This document shows positions 1 to 9,055 of a stretch of 32,000 nucleotides of DNA, in pieces (the stretch's first letter is position 1; each line of letters starts with the position of its first letter). This stretch comes from Halomicronema hongdechloris C2206 (GTDB lineage: Bacteria; Cyanobacteriota; Cyanobacteriia; Phormidesmidales; Phormidesmidaceae): assembly GCF_002075285.3 (NCBI RefSeq), contig NZ_CP021983.2, positions 5,220,001-5,252,000 on the forward strand, in the 5' to 3' direction. The translations under genes were made by a program, and so were the position numbers. The notes under the pieces are model-generated. The model was given only the letters and a program-made list of their open reading frames with translations, made no database searches and was not told where the DNA came from.

Positions 1-888
1 GCTTTGGCGACATTGCTCCGATTCCCTGGTTTGGGACGGAGACCTGGGAGATGGCTGGGATTTTTGCCAGGGGCTAGGCAGCCAGATCGAGGTGGCAGGG
101 TTATACGTCAGTTCCCTGCTCACTTACCGGCCTGTCAGGTGGGTCTGGCCTCAGCCCTGGCCCACGTCTCTCGGCAGTGGCGGCAGATGAAGTCCCTCAG
201 TCCGGCCATGGTGGCAGGGCTCGTCCCGGCTGGGCCGGTGGCCTTAGAAGATTGGCAACCTCTCTGGTGGCAGGGCCATCGCTGCTTCAAGTGGAAAGTC
301 GGGGCCTATCCTGTGGCAGCAGAGTTGGCCTGGCTGCGAGTTTGGCTGGCGACTCTGCCCCCTGGGGCGCGGGTGCGGTTGGATGCCAATGGTGGACTGA
401 CCGAGGAGGCTGCCTGCGCGTGGCTGCAAGCGTGCGATCGCATCAACGCCACCTCATGCCAAATCGAGTTCCTGGAGCAACCCCTGCCTCCCGAGCAATT
501 GCCTGCCCTGCGCCGCCTCAGTCGGGAGTACCGTACTCCCATTGCCTTGGATGAATCGGTGGCCACGGTCCACCAGCTGGTGCAGGTGCTACAGCAGGGA
601 TGGCAGGGGATTGTGGTGCTCAAACCGGCCATTGCTGGCTCCCCCCAGACCTTGCAACAGATCTGCCAGCATTGGTCCCTCGACTGCGTCATTTCCTCAG
701 CCCTGGAATCCCCCATTGGCCAGCGGGCGGTGCTGGCTAGGGTGCCAGCGTTAGGAACGACTCGAGCCCTGGGGTGGGGCGTCAATCATTGGTTTGACGA
801 CGGCTGGGAGCACCTGTCGGATGAGCACATCTGGCAACGGGTAAGCCAAGACTCAGCGGCGGTGTTTGCCACTCGCAGCCATGGCTGA
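1..888 (+). CDS. menC: o-succinylbenzoate synthase (enolase superfamily), 5'-truncated by the window edge; reading frame appears disrupted in the first ~110 nt (see findings)
   Basis: Frame-1 ORF runs to TGA 886-888. It carries FKWKVG (KxK), RLDANGG, IEFLEQP and ALDES, the D/E/D metal-ligand pattern typical of OSBS. menE follows directly and overlaps its stop. Confidence 0.85.
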   Translation, partial: ALATLLRFPGLGRRPGRWLGFLPGARQPDRGGRVIRQFPAHLPACQVGLASALAHVSRQWRQMKSLSPAMVAGLVPAGPVALEDWQPLWWQGHRCFKWKVGAYPVAAELAWLRVWLATLPPGARVRLDANGGLTEEAACAWLQACDRINATSCQIEFLEQPLPPEQLPALRRLSREYRTPIALDESVATVHQLVQVLQQGWQGIVVLKPAIAGSPQTLQQICQHWSLDCVISSALESPIGQRAVLARVPALGTTRALGWGVNHWFDDGWEHLSDEHIWQRVSQDSAAVFATRSHG

Positions 889-2233
889 GTCCCTATCAGC
901 TGCAACTCTGTGGCACTCGCGCTGGGGCCAAGACTGGCTGGTGGGCCTTGACTCGGCCGCTTTTTGGTCCCAAGTGGAGTATCGGTGTGGCCAATTACCG
1001 GCCTATTCAGTGGTGCTGCTGGCCGAGGCCGATCCCCTTGATTTCTTGGCCGGATTCTATGCTGCTTGTAGTAAATCATGCACCTTATTGCTGGCCAATC
1101 CCCACTGGCGGCAACGGGAGTGGCACCAGGTGGCTCAGGTGGGCATTGTGCCAGAGGTGATCTGGGGTAGCTGTTCCCCGACAGTATTCTCAAGGGTTGA
1201 TGGGAGCTCTTGGGCCCTGCCGCCCGCCGCCCTGCTCATCCCCACTGGCGGCTCTTCTGGACGGCTCCGCTTTGCCATCCACACCTGGAACACCCTGGCG
1301 GCGGCGGTGAGAGGGCTGCAGCAACATCTGCGAGTAGATGGTATCAATGCCTATTGTGTGCTGCCGCTATACCACGTCAGTGGCCTGATGCAGGCTGTGC
1401 GCACCCTACTATCGGGGGGACAGTTGGCCCTACAACCGTTTAAGGCTTTGGAGCAGGAAGGTCCCCTGAAGATTGATCCGGCAGAATTTGTCCTATCGTT
1501 GGTGCCAACCCAATTGCAGCGGCTGTTACGACGAAGCGCGGCAGCCTGGTTGCAACAATTTCAGGCCATCTTCTTGGGGGGGGCTCCGGCCTGGCCCGCC
1601 CTGTTAGCCCAAGCCCAGGGGTTGCCCCTGGCCTTGACCTACGGCATGACTGAAACGGCGGCCCAAATAGCGACCCTGTTGCCGGCAGAATTTCGGGCCG
1701 GCCACCGCTCTAGTGGCCGCTGCCTACCCCATGGGCAGATCACCATTGTCGATGCTGAGGGTCGGCCACTACCCCCTGGCTCGGTGGGCCAGATCCAGAT
1801 TCAGGCCAAGTCTTTGGCCCTGGGCTATGTGCCAGGGCCAGGATTGCAGGCCAGCCAATTTCTCCCCGACGATCTGGGGTATGTGGATGCAGCGGGGTAT
1901 TTGCATGTCGTTGGTCGCGGCAGCACCAAAATCATCAGCGGGGGCGAGAATATCTTTCCGCAGGAAGTGGAGGCGGCCTTGCTAGCCACTGGCCGAGTGG
2001 TGGATTGTGCTGTGGTGGGCTTGCCAGATCCTCTCTGGGGCCAGGCGGTGACAGTCCTCTATGTGCCTCAAGGGGCAGTGACCATGGCGCAGTTGAGGCA
2101 TGCGATCGCACCTCGTCTTAGCCGCTACAAACACCCCAAACATTGGATCGCCATCTCAGCTCTACCTCGCAATGCCCAGGGCAAAATCAATCGATTCGAG
2201 CTGGAATGCCTTGCCCACTATTGTTTGCAATGA
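881..2233 (+). CDS. menE: o-succinylbenzoate-CoA ligase (AMP-binding acyl-CoA synthetase family)
   Basis: The ORF opens at TTG 866. ATG 881 overlaps the menC stop (ATGGCTGA), so 881 is preferred. Motifs: LIPTGGSSGRLRF, YGMTETA, GYLHVVGRGSTKIISGGENIFPQEVE, C-terminal QGKINR. Confidence 0.85.
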   Translation: MAESLSAATLWHSRWGQDWLVGLDSAAFWSQVEYRCGQLPAYSVVLLAEADPLDFLAGFYAACSKSCTLLLANPHWRQREWHQVAQVGIVPEVIWGSCSPTVFSRVDGSSWALPPAALLIPTGGSSGRLRFAIHTWNTLAAAVRGLQQHLRVDGINAYCVLPLYHVSGLMQAVRTLLSGGQLALQPFKALEQEGPLKIDPAEFVLSLVPTQLQRLLRRSAAAWLQQFQAIFLGGAPAWPALLAQAQGLPLALTYGMTETAAQIATLLPAEFRAGHRSSGRCLPHGQITIVDAEGRPLPPGSVGQIQIQAKSLALGYVPGPGLQASQFLPDDLGYVDAAGYLHVVGRGSTKIISGGENIFPQEVEAALLATGRVVDCAVVGLPDPLWGQAVTVLYVPQGAVTMAQLRHAIAPRLSRYKHPKHWIAISALPRNAQGKINRFELECLAHYCLQ

Positions 2234-2308
2234 TAGTGGTGTCGCGTAGTGCCAGGCGACGCCATTGCCTTCCCGGGCAGAGACGTCTGCTAACAGCAGC
2301 CTTTCCGC

Positions 2309-3058
2309 TTAAGACTCAGCCAGAAACTCCAGATAACTACGACTCAAGGATTTTACGGCCGTCTCATAGAACTGTCGACCATGCTCCGGTGTTGCTAGCC
2401 CCGGATTAGACCCCATGCGTCCGTCAGGATAATGCTGGCGAAAATCTGTGGCCCCATAGATAGGATGTCCTGAGGGGGCCACTGCCGGATCCAGCTGAGC
2501 CTGCTTGATGTGATCAGGATAGACATACTGGGTCAGAGCCACCTCACTCGGGGTCGCGTGGGAGCCCTCCTGATCACCATAGAGGTCCTTGGCCAGCTGA
2601 TAGACCTCACGGCAGAGATACCAATTCGCCACTCGGCAGCGCACCTGATCCGCTCGCGGAAGATTGGCTTCAGCTAGGTAGGCATAGGCCTCTGCAAATG
2701 CTGCCTTGAGCGTGGCCACATTGCCACCGTGACCATTGATGAAGAAAAAGCGCGTAAACCCATAGCGCACCAACGGCTTCAGGTAGTCCTGAATGACTGC
2801 GATTAAGGTGCTAGGTCTGAGGCTAATACTGCCAGGAAAAGCAGTGTGGTGTAAGGCCATGCCCACGTTCAGGGTAGGGCCGACAAGGGTTTGGGTAGAC
2901 TCGCCGACTCCCTTAGCGATGGCCTCGGCACAGATGGCATCAGTCCCGATCAGCCCGTTAGGACCATGCTGCTCTGTTGACCCAATGGGGAAAATAATGC
3001 CTGGGGAATGCTGGAGATAGCTCTCTACCTCCGGCCACGTGGATAGCTGCAGTAGCAT
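2309..3058 (-). CDS. creatininase (creatinine amidohydrolase) family protein
   Basis: 249-aa ORF with ATG at 3058. Family motifs IGSTEQHGPNGLIGTD and FINGHGGN. Confidence 0.82.
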   Translation of the reverse strand: MLLQLSTWPEVESYLQHSPGIIFPIGSTEQHGPNGLIGTDAICAEAIAKGVGESTQTLVGPTLNVGMALHHTAFPGSISLRPSTLIAVIQDYLKPLVRYGFTRFFFINGHGGNVATLKAAFAEAYAYLAEANLPRADQVRCRVANWYLCREVYQLAKDLYGDQEGSHATPSEVALTQYVYPDHIKQAQLDPAVAPSGHPIYGATDFRQHYPDGRMGSNPGLATPEHGRQFYETAVKSLSRSYLEFLAES

Positions 3059-3404
3059 GGTATCGCCTCTAGAGACAAACGCTTCAACGATGGAGCAGGA
3101 TCGACCTCAGATCAACCCAGTTCGTTAGAATAGCCTGTATCACTCATAACATTCAGGGATTCCAGGGATTGATACAGATGGAGGGGCGAGGAATCTCAGT
3201 GAGTATGGGGGCTGGGAAAGAAGCATCTCGAAGCCATATCATGGGCTGACCCACTCGTACTCCCACAAATGTGGTCCCGAGGCCCAGTAAGTTAAGGGGA
3301 TAACTACCATCGGGCATACCAATTGGGTACAGGCCCTTAGCATGTCGACAACCGATTTTAACGACATTGATTACAGCTAATTTTATTTAGAGGAGAAACA
3401 GCCC

Positions 3405-3716
3405 ATGCTGCAGCGCAAAATCTATCAGCTCTGTTGTGATGGACGCGAGGTGTGGATTTATCTAAGAGATCAACAGCGATGGATAGAGCGGGCGCAGATT
3501 TTAGATATTGAGGGCGATCTCGTCACGGTTCGTTACGAAACCGATGAAGATGACGAGCTATCTTCCTGGGAAGAGATGCTGCGCCTCGATAGCATTGGCT
3601 CCATTATGCAGAAGCTAGCGACCGTACCCCGGGGCCTCGGCGAGCTTACCATCGCTGAGGACTGTCCTGAAACGGAGCAACTGCGCGATCATTACCCCGA
3701 GTCGAATGCTGATTAG
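3405..3716 (+). CDS. hypothetical acidic protein, 103 aa
   Basis: ATG 3405 is preceded by GGAG at 3392-3395. It lies after a 346-nt AT-richer gap. No family recognised. Confidence 0.55.
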   Translation: MLQRKIYQLCCDGREVWIYLRDQQRWIERAQILDIEGDLVTVRYETDEDDELSSWEEMLRLDSIGSIMQKLATVPRGLGELTIAEDCPETEQLRDHYPESNAD

Positions 3717-3877
3717 AGTGTTCCAGCTAAATACTCATCCCAGGGCTGGCTGAACCGGCCCAATAGGCTGAGTTCAATTGCCTAGATCAGGATATTTTTT
3801 TTAGATGGAATACTCTTAGGAGCCTATTGGTGGTATTGGCCTCATGACTTGGCACGGATACCGGATGTATCTCGGCG

Positions 3878-5565
3878 TCAAACATCCTCCCCCTCGGAGG
3901 GCATTCTGGCCCCGGCGATGGGTTCGAACGCCGGACAATAACCATCGGGTGTCACCTTGAAGCCATAGAGGGGAGAGGCTGGGTTGCTGCAACGTTGCCC
4001 GCGCAAATGGAGACAATTAAAGCAGCAATCGATGGTCGTATCCCGCATCTGCCCCGGTTGGCTCAGTAATTCATGTTGGCTTAGTCCGTGGAGAAGGATA
4101 TCGTCTCCTTGCCATTTCGCTTGGATTACCCCGGTGTCTGCAAACTTACTCCAGCGAGGATCTAGGGATAGTCTGCCTGGTAAGGATACAGTAATGGCTC
4201 CATCCTCGTCGTCTGCATTGTCATCGGCGGTCAATTCTCCTTCGTAGACCACATCTGGGGCAGCCGGCTGTACGAATCTATCCCCAATCGGCAGTTCCAC
4301 CAGCTGTCCAGGGGATGGCAAATGAAGCTGATAACGGCTTTGCAACTCATCCAGATTGGTCAGATCAGCCAGCTGATGGCGAACCCCGTGAACGAATACC
4401 ACATGCTGAGGCCGTAAGTTGTGAATCAGCTGCGTTGTGCTGATACCGTCACTGTGGGTTGTCAGAAGATAGGTGGCGATGGAGACTTGGTCACGCTTGG
4501 TTTGGGCAGCTAATTTCTGCAGCCAGCCAACGGATGAGACAGAGGAGGCTTGATTGGCTGAGGACCCGTCGGAAACGGCGGATTCCGTGGCAGCTAAGAA
4601 AAGTACCCAGTCTTTTATGGAGCTACAGTATCGACTGAGATCTTCTGCCTGATGGCCAATGATAATACATGGCGGTTGCACTGCCTTAGGGATTGCATCC
4701 AAACGCCGCACTCGGGGCAATATCCGCTCGTCCCAGAAAAGAGACTGGTGGCGGGCAAAGTTCTGGACGCTGCTGGGAAAGTAAGGCAGTAGTTCCAAAT
4801 ATAGGTCACAGCCAGCCGCGACGATCGGATCGACCCACACCGTAAAATCCTGGCCTGTGAAATGATGATGGCTCCGTAGCAACATTAGCAATTCCTGGCC
4901 CAATCCTAGGGCTGGGGTCGGCAGGATCACCCCCTTGCCTTGGGCCAAGACTCGGTTAATCTGCTCAGCTATCCGATTCTCTTGGTGCCTGCGGTGGGGA
5001 TAGCGAGCTGTGCCATAGGTGCCTTCCAGTAGGAGCACATCTGGTTTAAGTCCTCGCAGCTCTTCTAGGGGCAGCCCTTCTACTAGGCGAGAGTTGGACA
5101 GAAAAAAATCGCCGGTATAGAGAACCGAATAGGTGCGCTGGGGTGTTGTGTAACGGAGTAAGAGGCAGGCGGCCCCTGGCAAATGACCGGCTGGCCAGAG
5201 TTGTACGGTAAGCCCCTGAGCAATTTCAATGGGGGTGCGCCAAGGCAGCGCCTGGCAAAAGGAGGTATTGGCCTCGGCTTGATTGGGCCAGTTTGACGGC
5301 AGCAGGTGAACAGTAACCTCACTGCCGTAGATGGGGATCTCAGGGAACTGCTGGTGCAGACTCAGTAGCCCTCGAGCATGGTCAGGGTGCGCGTGGCTAC
5401 AAAATACCCAATCAGCGGGGGGGGGGATAACGATTTCTGTACCAGAGAGGATACATCTGCTAGGCCACAATCTAGAAGAATCCGATGGGGGCCCATGCGC
5501 ATTTGCAAGCAGATTCCCTCCTGCTCCTGGTCCACGCCATAAGCTAGGCATGCCAGATCAGTCAC
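3878..5565 (-). pseudogene. MBL-fold metallo-hydrolase with beta-CASP-like motifs and a Cys-rich C-terminal tail; interrupted by a frameshift at a C10 run
   Basis: Two overlapping minus-strand ORFs (5565-5362 with a GTG start, and 5551-3878) read as one protein. The first ends ...HRILLDCGLADVSSLVQKSLSPPP and the second continues PPPADWVFCSHAHPDHARGL. The junction is G10 on the + strand at 5417-5426. Motifs: HxHxDH, then YTGDF, LTTHSDG and FVHG (beta-CASP A/B/C-like). The tail reads CCFNCLHLRGQRC...GYC. Confidence 0.8.
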
Positions 5566-5614
5566 GGGGGTTCTTAAAAGACAATGGCAATCAAGATGCT
5601 AAGCAATCGTGGCG

Positions 5615-5737
5615 CTAGTGAGCTGATCCATTACCGTGATAATCATCGGTGTCATAGAAGCCGTTTTGCGTTCCGAAAAATAGCGCGGCTACTACGAATA
5701 GGGCGGTCAGCCCCAGCAAGATTACCTTGATATCCAT
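5615..5737 (-). CDS. small single-pass membrane protein, 40 aa (too short for the supplied ORF track)
   Basis: ATG 5737 to TAG 5615 translates as MDIKVILLGLTALFVVAALFFGTQNGFYDTDDYHGNGSAH. That is one hydrophobic helix followed by an acidic tail. It is co-oriented with the MBL gene and ends 49 nt upstream of its GTG start. Confidence 0.4.
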   Translation of the reverse strand: MDIKVILLGLTALFVVAALFFGTQNGFYDTDDYHGNGSAH

Positions 5738-6176
5738 AGATGTTGAGCTGAATAACAGTCACGTGACTCCCTTAAGGCAATAGGACAAAACACCGTAGTT
5801 ATTTCCTGCTTAAGAGAATAGCGTCGATCTCTCCTTTAGGATCCTACCAAGTCGCTTGAAGAACTAAAATCTTTTCCTGAAAATTAAACCCGCCCTATCC
5901 CCAGTGTCGCTTGAGGTCTAGTAGACTGCGGGCAAGTTTAACTACCATGAGCCGCAGCAAGGAGAGCTAGCGACCACAATGGTCACTCAGCCTCTGCCAT
6001 GGGGCATTAGTGCTAGGTTTGGGACAGATAAGGGGGTAATACCCAGGGCACAGCACAGCTCTTGGCTGGTATCTAGATCGTTAGCCGGGACATGGCTCTC
6101 CCTAGGTGCTACGCTGCCTCTTTCAACTAGACAGTAGTATTTTAGTAAGTACTTTGTTGTTAAAGTTGACTGCTCC

Positions 6177-7640
6177 ATGACTGCCGCCGCTACCGCCGCT
6201 GCCAATCCGCTGTTAGCCCTTGATTACATTCCAGCCCTAGCCGCTCTAGGAGATGACTACTACGATGTGGTAGTTGCTGCGGAATTTCCCCAACACCAGC
6301 TGCGGTTTCGCAACGACGATATTCTGCAACAGCTAGGGCTCGACCCGGATACGGTCTCCGATCAGCACTTCATCGAAGCCTTTGGCAAGTTCCAAGGCCG
6401 GGAACCCTTTCTAGCGCTGCGGTACCACGGCTATCAATTTGGCGCCTACAATCCCTTCTTGGGGGATGGTCGTGGTTTTCTCTACGGACAGGTAAAAGAT
6501 CGCCACGGCGATCTCTATGATTTTGGCACTAAGGGGTCTGGCACCACTCCCTACTCCCGCGGGGGGGATGGTCGTCTCACCCTCAAGGGCGGGGTGCGGG
6601 AAGTGCTGGCGGCAGAAGCTCTGCATGCCTTGGGAGTAAGGACTTCGCGTACCCTCAGCCTGATTGAGACAGGGGAGTCGCTGTGGCGCGGGGATGAACC
6701 GTCCCCTACCCGCTCTTCGGTGATGGTGCGCTGCAGCCGTTCCCACATTCGCTTTGGCACCTTTGAGCGCCTGGAATACCTACACCGCCCGGATCTGATT
6801 CGCACTTTGTTAGAGCATGTTATTGACGTCTACTACCCATCGGCTCGGCTGTTTATCGATCCTCAAGCGCGTTATCTCAAGTTTTACGATGAATTGGTGC
6901 GGCGAGTGGCGGAATTAGCTGCTCAGTGGATGGCGGTAGGGTTTTGCCATGCTGTGCTCAATACTGACAACATGTCTATCACCGGTGAGAGCTTTGACTA
7001 TGGCCCCTATGCTTTCATTCACGAGTATGACCCTCGCTTCACGGCGGCCTACTTCGACGATACGGGGCGCTATTGCTATGGCAATCAGCCCGCCATCTGC
7101 CAGGGCAATCTCAAGGCCTTGCAAAAACCCCTGGGGTTGGTGATGCCCCAGGCAGAGATGACTGAGTCCCTGGAAGCCTTTAAGGACCATTACTACACCC
7201 ACTACCGTCAACTCATGCTCCATAAGCTAGGCTTGGACAGTCTTGCACCAGCCTTAGCAGAGGAGCTGGTGGAGAAAACGGTGCAGCTGTTGGGGGGAGC
7301 GCAGGTGGGCTATCACGATTTCTTCCTGGAACTGACTCGCCAATTTCGCCCTGAGTGGCGAGAGGATGCCAGCACCATGCTCGGGACTACCATGGCAGCA
7401 TCAGATCCAGCCGCAGCTAACTTACTAGAGGCTTGGCGGCAGCTGTATCATCATTGTCTCAATCAAGCACCTGCAGAGGCCATGACCTCTGTGGGTCAAC
7501 GTTTACGCCAGAGCAATCCAGAAACGGTGCTATTGCGCCCGGCTATCGAGGCGGCCTGGGAACGGATTACTGAGGAGGACGATTGGCAATCATTCTATGA
7601 CTTGCTGCAGCACCTGCAATCTCCCTTCTTGCCAGCCTGA
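6177..7640 (+). CDS. selO: protein adenylyltransferase SelO (YdiU family)
   Basis: 487-aa ORF. Motifs: [56 protein letters not shown]. Confidence 0.9.
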   Translation: MTAAATAAANPLLALDYIPALAALGDDYYDVVVAAEFPQHQLRFRNDDILQQLGLDPDTVSDQHFIEAFGKFQGREPFLALRYHGYQFGAYNPFLGDGRGFLYGQVKDRHGDLYDFGTKGSGTTPYSRGGDGRLTLKGGVREVLAAEALHALGVRTSRTLSLIETGESLWRGDEPSPTRSSVMVRCSRSHIRFGTFERLEYLHRPDLIRTLLEHVIDVYYPSARLFIDPQARYLKFYDELVRRVAELAAQWMAVGFCHAVLNTDNMSITGESFDYGPYAFIHEYDPRFTAAYFDDTGRYCYGNQPAICQGNLKALQKPLGLVMPQAEMTESLEAFKDHYYTHYRQLMLHKLGLDSLAPALAEELVEKTVQLLGGAQVGYHDFFLELTRQFRPEWREDASTMLGTTMAASDPAAANLLEAWRQLYHHCLNQAPAEAMTSVGQRLRQSNPETVLLRPAIEAAWERITEEDDWQSFYDLLQHLQSPFLPA

Positions 7641-7737
7641 TATCCGAGGGCAAAGCTAGATCATGGGTGTTAACTTCCTTTGGCAATTATAATACACATG
7701 TTCTAAAATGGGGGAGTAGCCAGTTCCTTGCTGTCCT

Positions 7738-8124
7738 ATGTCTACTCTGGCGGCCCCTTCCGGGGCAGATATGACCTGTCCGCCAGCCTGGTCTACGATT
7801 CGCTTTCGCCGGGCCAAGGATAGGAAGGGGTGGGCTCTGTTAGGTATCCCCCAGCCTGTGTATCCCTTGGTGGCGCTGCGGCTGTTTGAACTGAGGGCCC
7901 GTCTGATGAGTCGTCATGATGATGGCTCCTTTATTAGCGTGCTGTTCGAGGCTCCCCCGGCGGTAGCCGCAAAGCTGGCCCGGGTGTTCCCGGCTCCACC
8001 AGGTTGTGAAGCGCTGAAGGTATCAGAATCGGGGGATCGGATTTTGTCGGGAAAGGCGGCTAAGTCTACTAAGGCCATTGCTCAGCGCCTCGACCCCACC
8101 AGTGTGGAGCTTGAGGCTGCCTAG
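7738..8124 (+). CDS. hypothetical protein, 128 aa
   Basis: ATG 7738. Upstream there is a sigma70-like TTGGCA (7680-7685), an 18-nt spacer, then TAAAAT (7704-7709). No family recognised. Its stop shares the tetranucleotide CTAG (8121-8124) with the convergent gene. Confidence 0.4.
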   Translation: MSTLAAPSGADMTCPPAWSTIRFRRAKDRKGWALLGIPQPVYPLVALRLFELRARLMSRHDDGSFISVLFEAPPAVAAKLARVFPAPPGCEALKVSESGDRILSGKAAKSTKAIAQRLDPTSVELEAA

Positions 8125-8639
8125 GGTTCTTTAGATTGCTGGCGACGGCGACGTTGCCGTAAGGCCTGAAACACCTGCAGCCCCAGGAAATAACTCAAGA
8201 TACTGAACACCAGGCCCACTAAACAGCTGCCGGTCAGTAGGGCTGCGGTGACATGAGCTCCCATGGTCGTCCAGCCCTTTAGGGTTTCTAGATCGGCCAT
8301 CTGGTCTAGGGGACCTCCCCCCAGTAGCCAGTGCCCCAGTTGATAGTTAAAGGCGAAGATGGGTACGTAGGTAAAGGGATTGCTAATCCAGGTGCCTGTG
8401 GCGGCCATGAGCCGGTTGCCGCGGATTATCGTTGCGATCGCAACGCCGATAATAATTTGCAGGCCAAATAGCGGAAAGCAGCCCGAAAATACACCTGCGG
8501 CTAGCCCCCGGGCCAACTCCTGGGAACTGCCCTGCATGCGCATGAAGCGTAGGTAAAAGTATCGCAGTCGCCGTCTCCAAAGAGTTCGGCGGGGTCGATG
8601 GGGGGAATGGTGCAGGCTAGAGTCAGGCAAGGCGGTCAT
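8121..8639 (-). CDS. DUF2062-like membrane protein
   Basis: 172-aa ORF with ATG at 8639. Arg-rich N-terminus, then SSQELARGLAAGVFSGCFPLFGLQ and NPFTYVPIFAFNYQLGHWLL, followed by a C-terminal TM helix. Confidence 0.7.
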   Translation of the reverse strand: MTALPDSSLHHSPHRPRRTLWRRRLRYFYLRFMRMQGSSQELARGLAAGVFSGCFPLFGLQIIIGVAIATIIRGNRLMAATGTWISNPFTYVPIFAFNYQLGHWLLGGGPLDQMADLETLKGWTTMGAHVTAALLTGSCLVGLVFSILSYFLGLQVFQALRQRRRRQQSKEP

Positions 8640-8845
8640 AGAACGATGGACTCAGTAGGGCCGCCATGGAGACCATGACTGGGACAAAACCGTGAGTTGT
8701 TTAACTATTGTATCGACGCCATCACCCTGCTGGCAGTCTCCATGGGGCACGATAGGATAGAAAGCCACCCGATCAGCATGCTCTGTCGCCGCAAAAACGT
8801 TCCCACGGACCCGAGTAAACAGGTGGCATCGATCGGGATTTCCGC

Positions 8846-9055
8846 TTCTACCTTCTGCCTTCTGCCTTCTGCCTTCTGCCTTCTGCCTTCTGCCTTCTGC
8901 CTTCTGCCTTCTGCCTTCTGCCTTCTGCCTTCTGCCTTCTACCTTCTGCCTTCTACCTTCTGCCTTCTGCCTTCTGCCTTCTACCTTCTGCCTTCTACCT
9001 TCTGCCTTCTGCCTTCTACCTTCTGCCTTCTGCCTTCTGCCTTCTGCCTTCTGCC
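8846..9055. repeat. perfect tandem array of 30 heptanucleotide units (24 x TTCTGCC, 6 x TTCTACC); STRR-like
   Basis: Counted unit by unit: 210 nt with no indels. A-type units are numbers 1, 14, 16, 20, 22 and 25. The array is followed by TTCCCAGACCACC and then the mnmE ATG at 9069. Confidence 0.97.

Noticed and set aside
2238-2263. An 8-bp stem (GGTGTCGC / GCGACGCC, 10-nt loop) between the convergent menE and creatininase genes.
   Set aside because: The hairpin is plausible, but no T-tract follows it on either strand. That is not enough to call an intrinsic terminator.
3137-3170. An NtcA-like GTA-N8-AAC at 3137-3150 and a tandem CAGGGATT-C-CAGGGATT at 3154-3170 in the spacer upstream of the 3405 gene.
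   Set aside because: The NtcA site is non-consensus (AAC instead of TAC) and lacks a convincing -10 about 22 nt downstream. An adjacent 8-mer duplication is expected about once or twice per 32 kb by chance.
3915-3935. GGGTTCGAACGCC, a tRNA T-loop-like string.
   Set aside because: The flanks do not form T-arm or acceptor stems, and it lies inside the MBL coding sequence. I found no tRNA anywhere in the window.
5851-5916. Direct repeat GTCGCTTGA(A/G)G at 5851-5861 and 5906-5916 upstream of selO.
   Set aside because: It is a 10/11 match. My rough estimate is that a few such matches are expected by chance in a 440-nt region.
7638-7674. The selO TGA stop as a possible selenocysteine or read-through codon.
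   Set aside because: Read-through would add only an unremarkable 11-residue tail. There is no SECIS-like hairpin and no Sec machinery in view. Bacterial SelO proteins are not selenoproteins as far as I know.
8846-9055. Could the repeat array be a CRISPR or a degenerate CRISPR?
   Set aside because: The units are 7 nt and directly abutting, with no spacers. There are no cas genes in the window.
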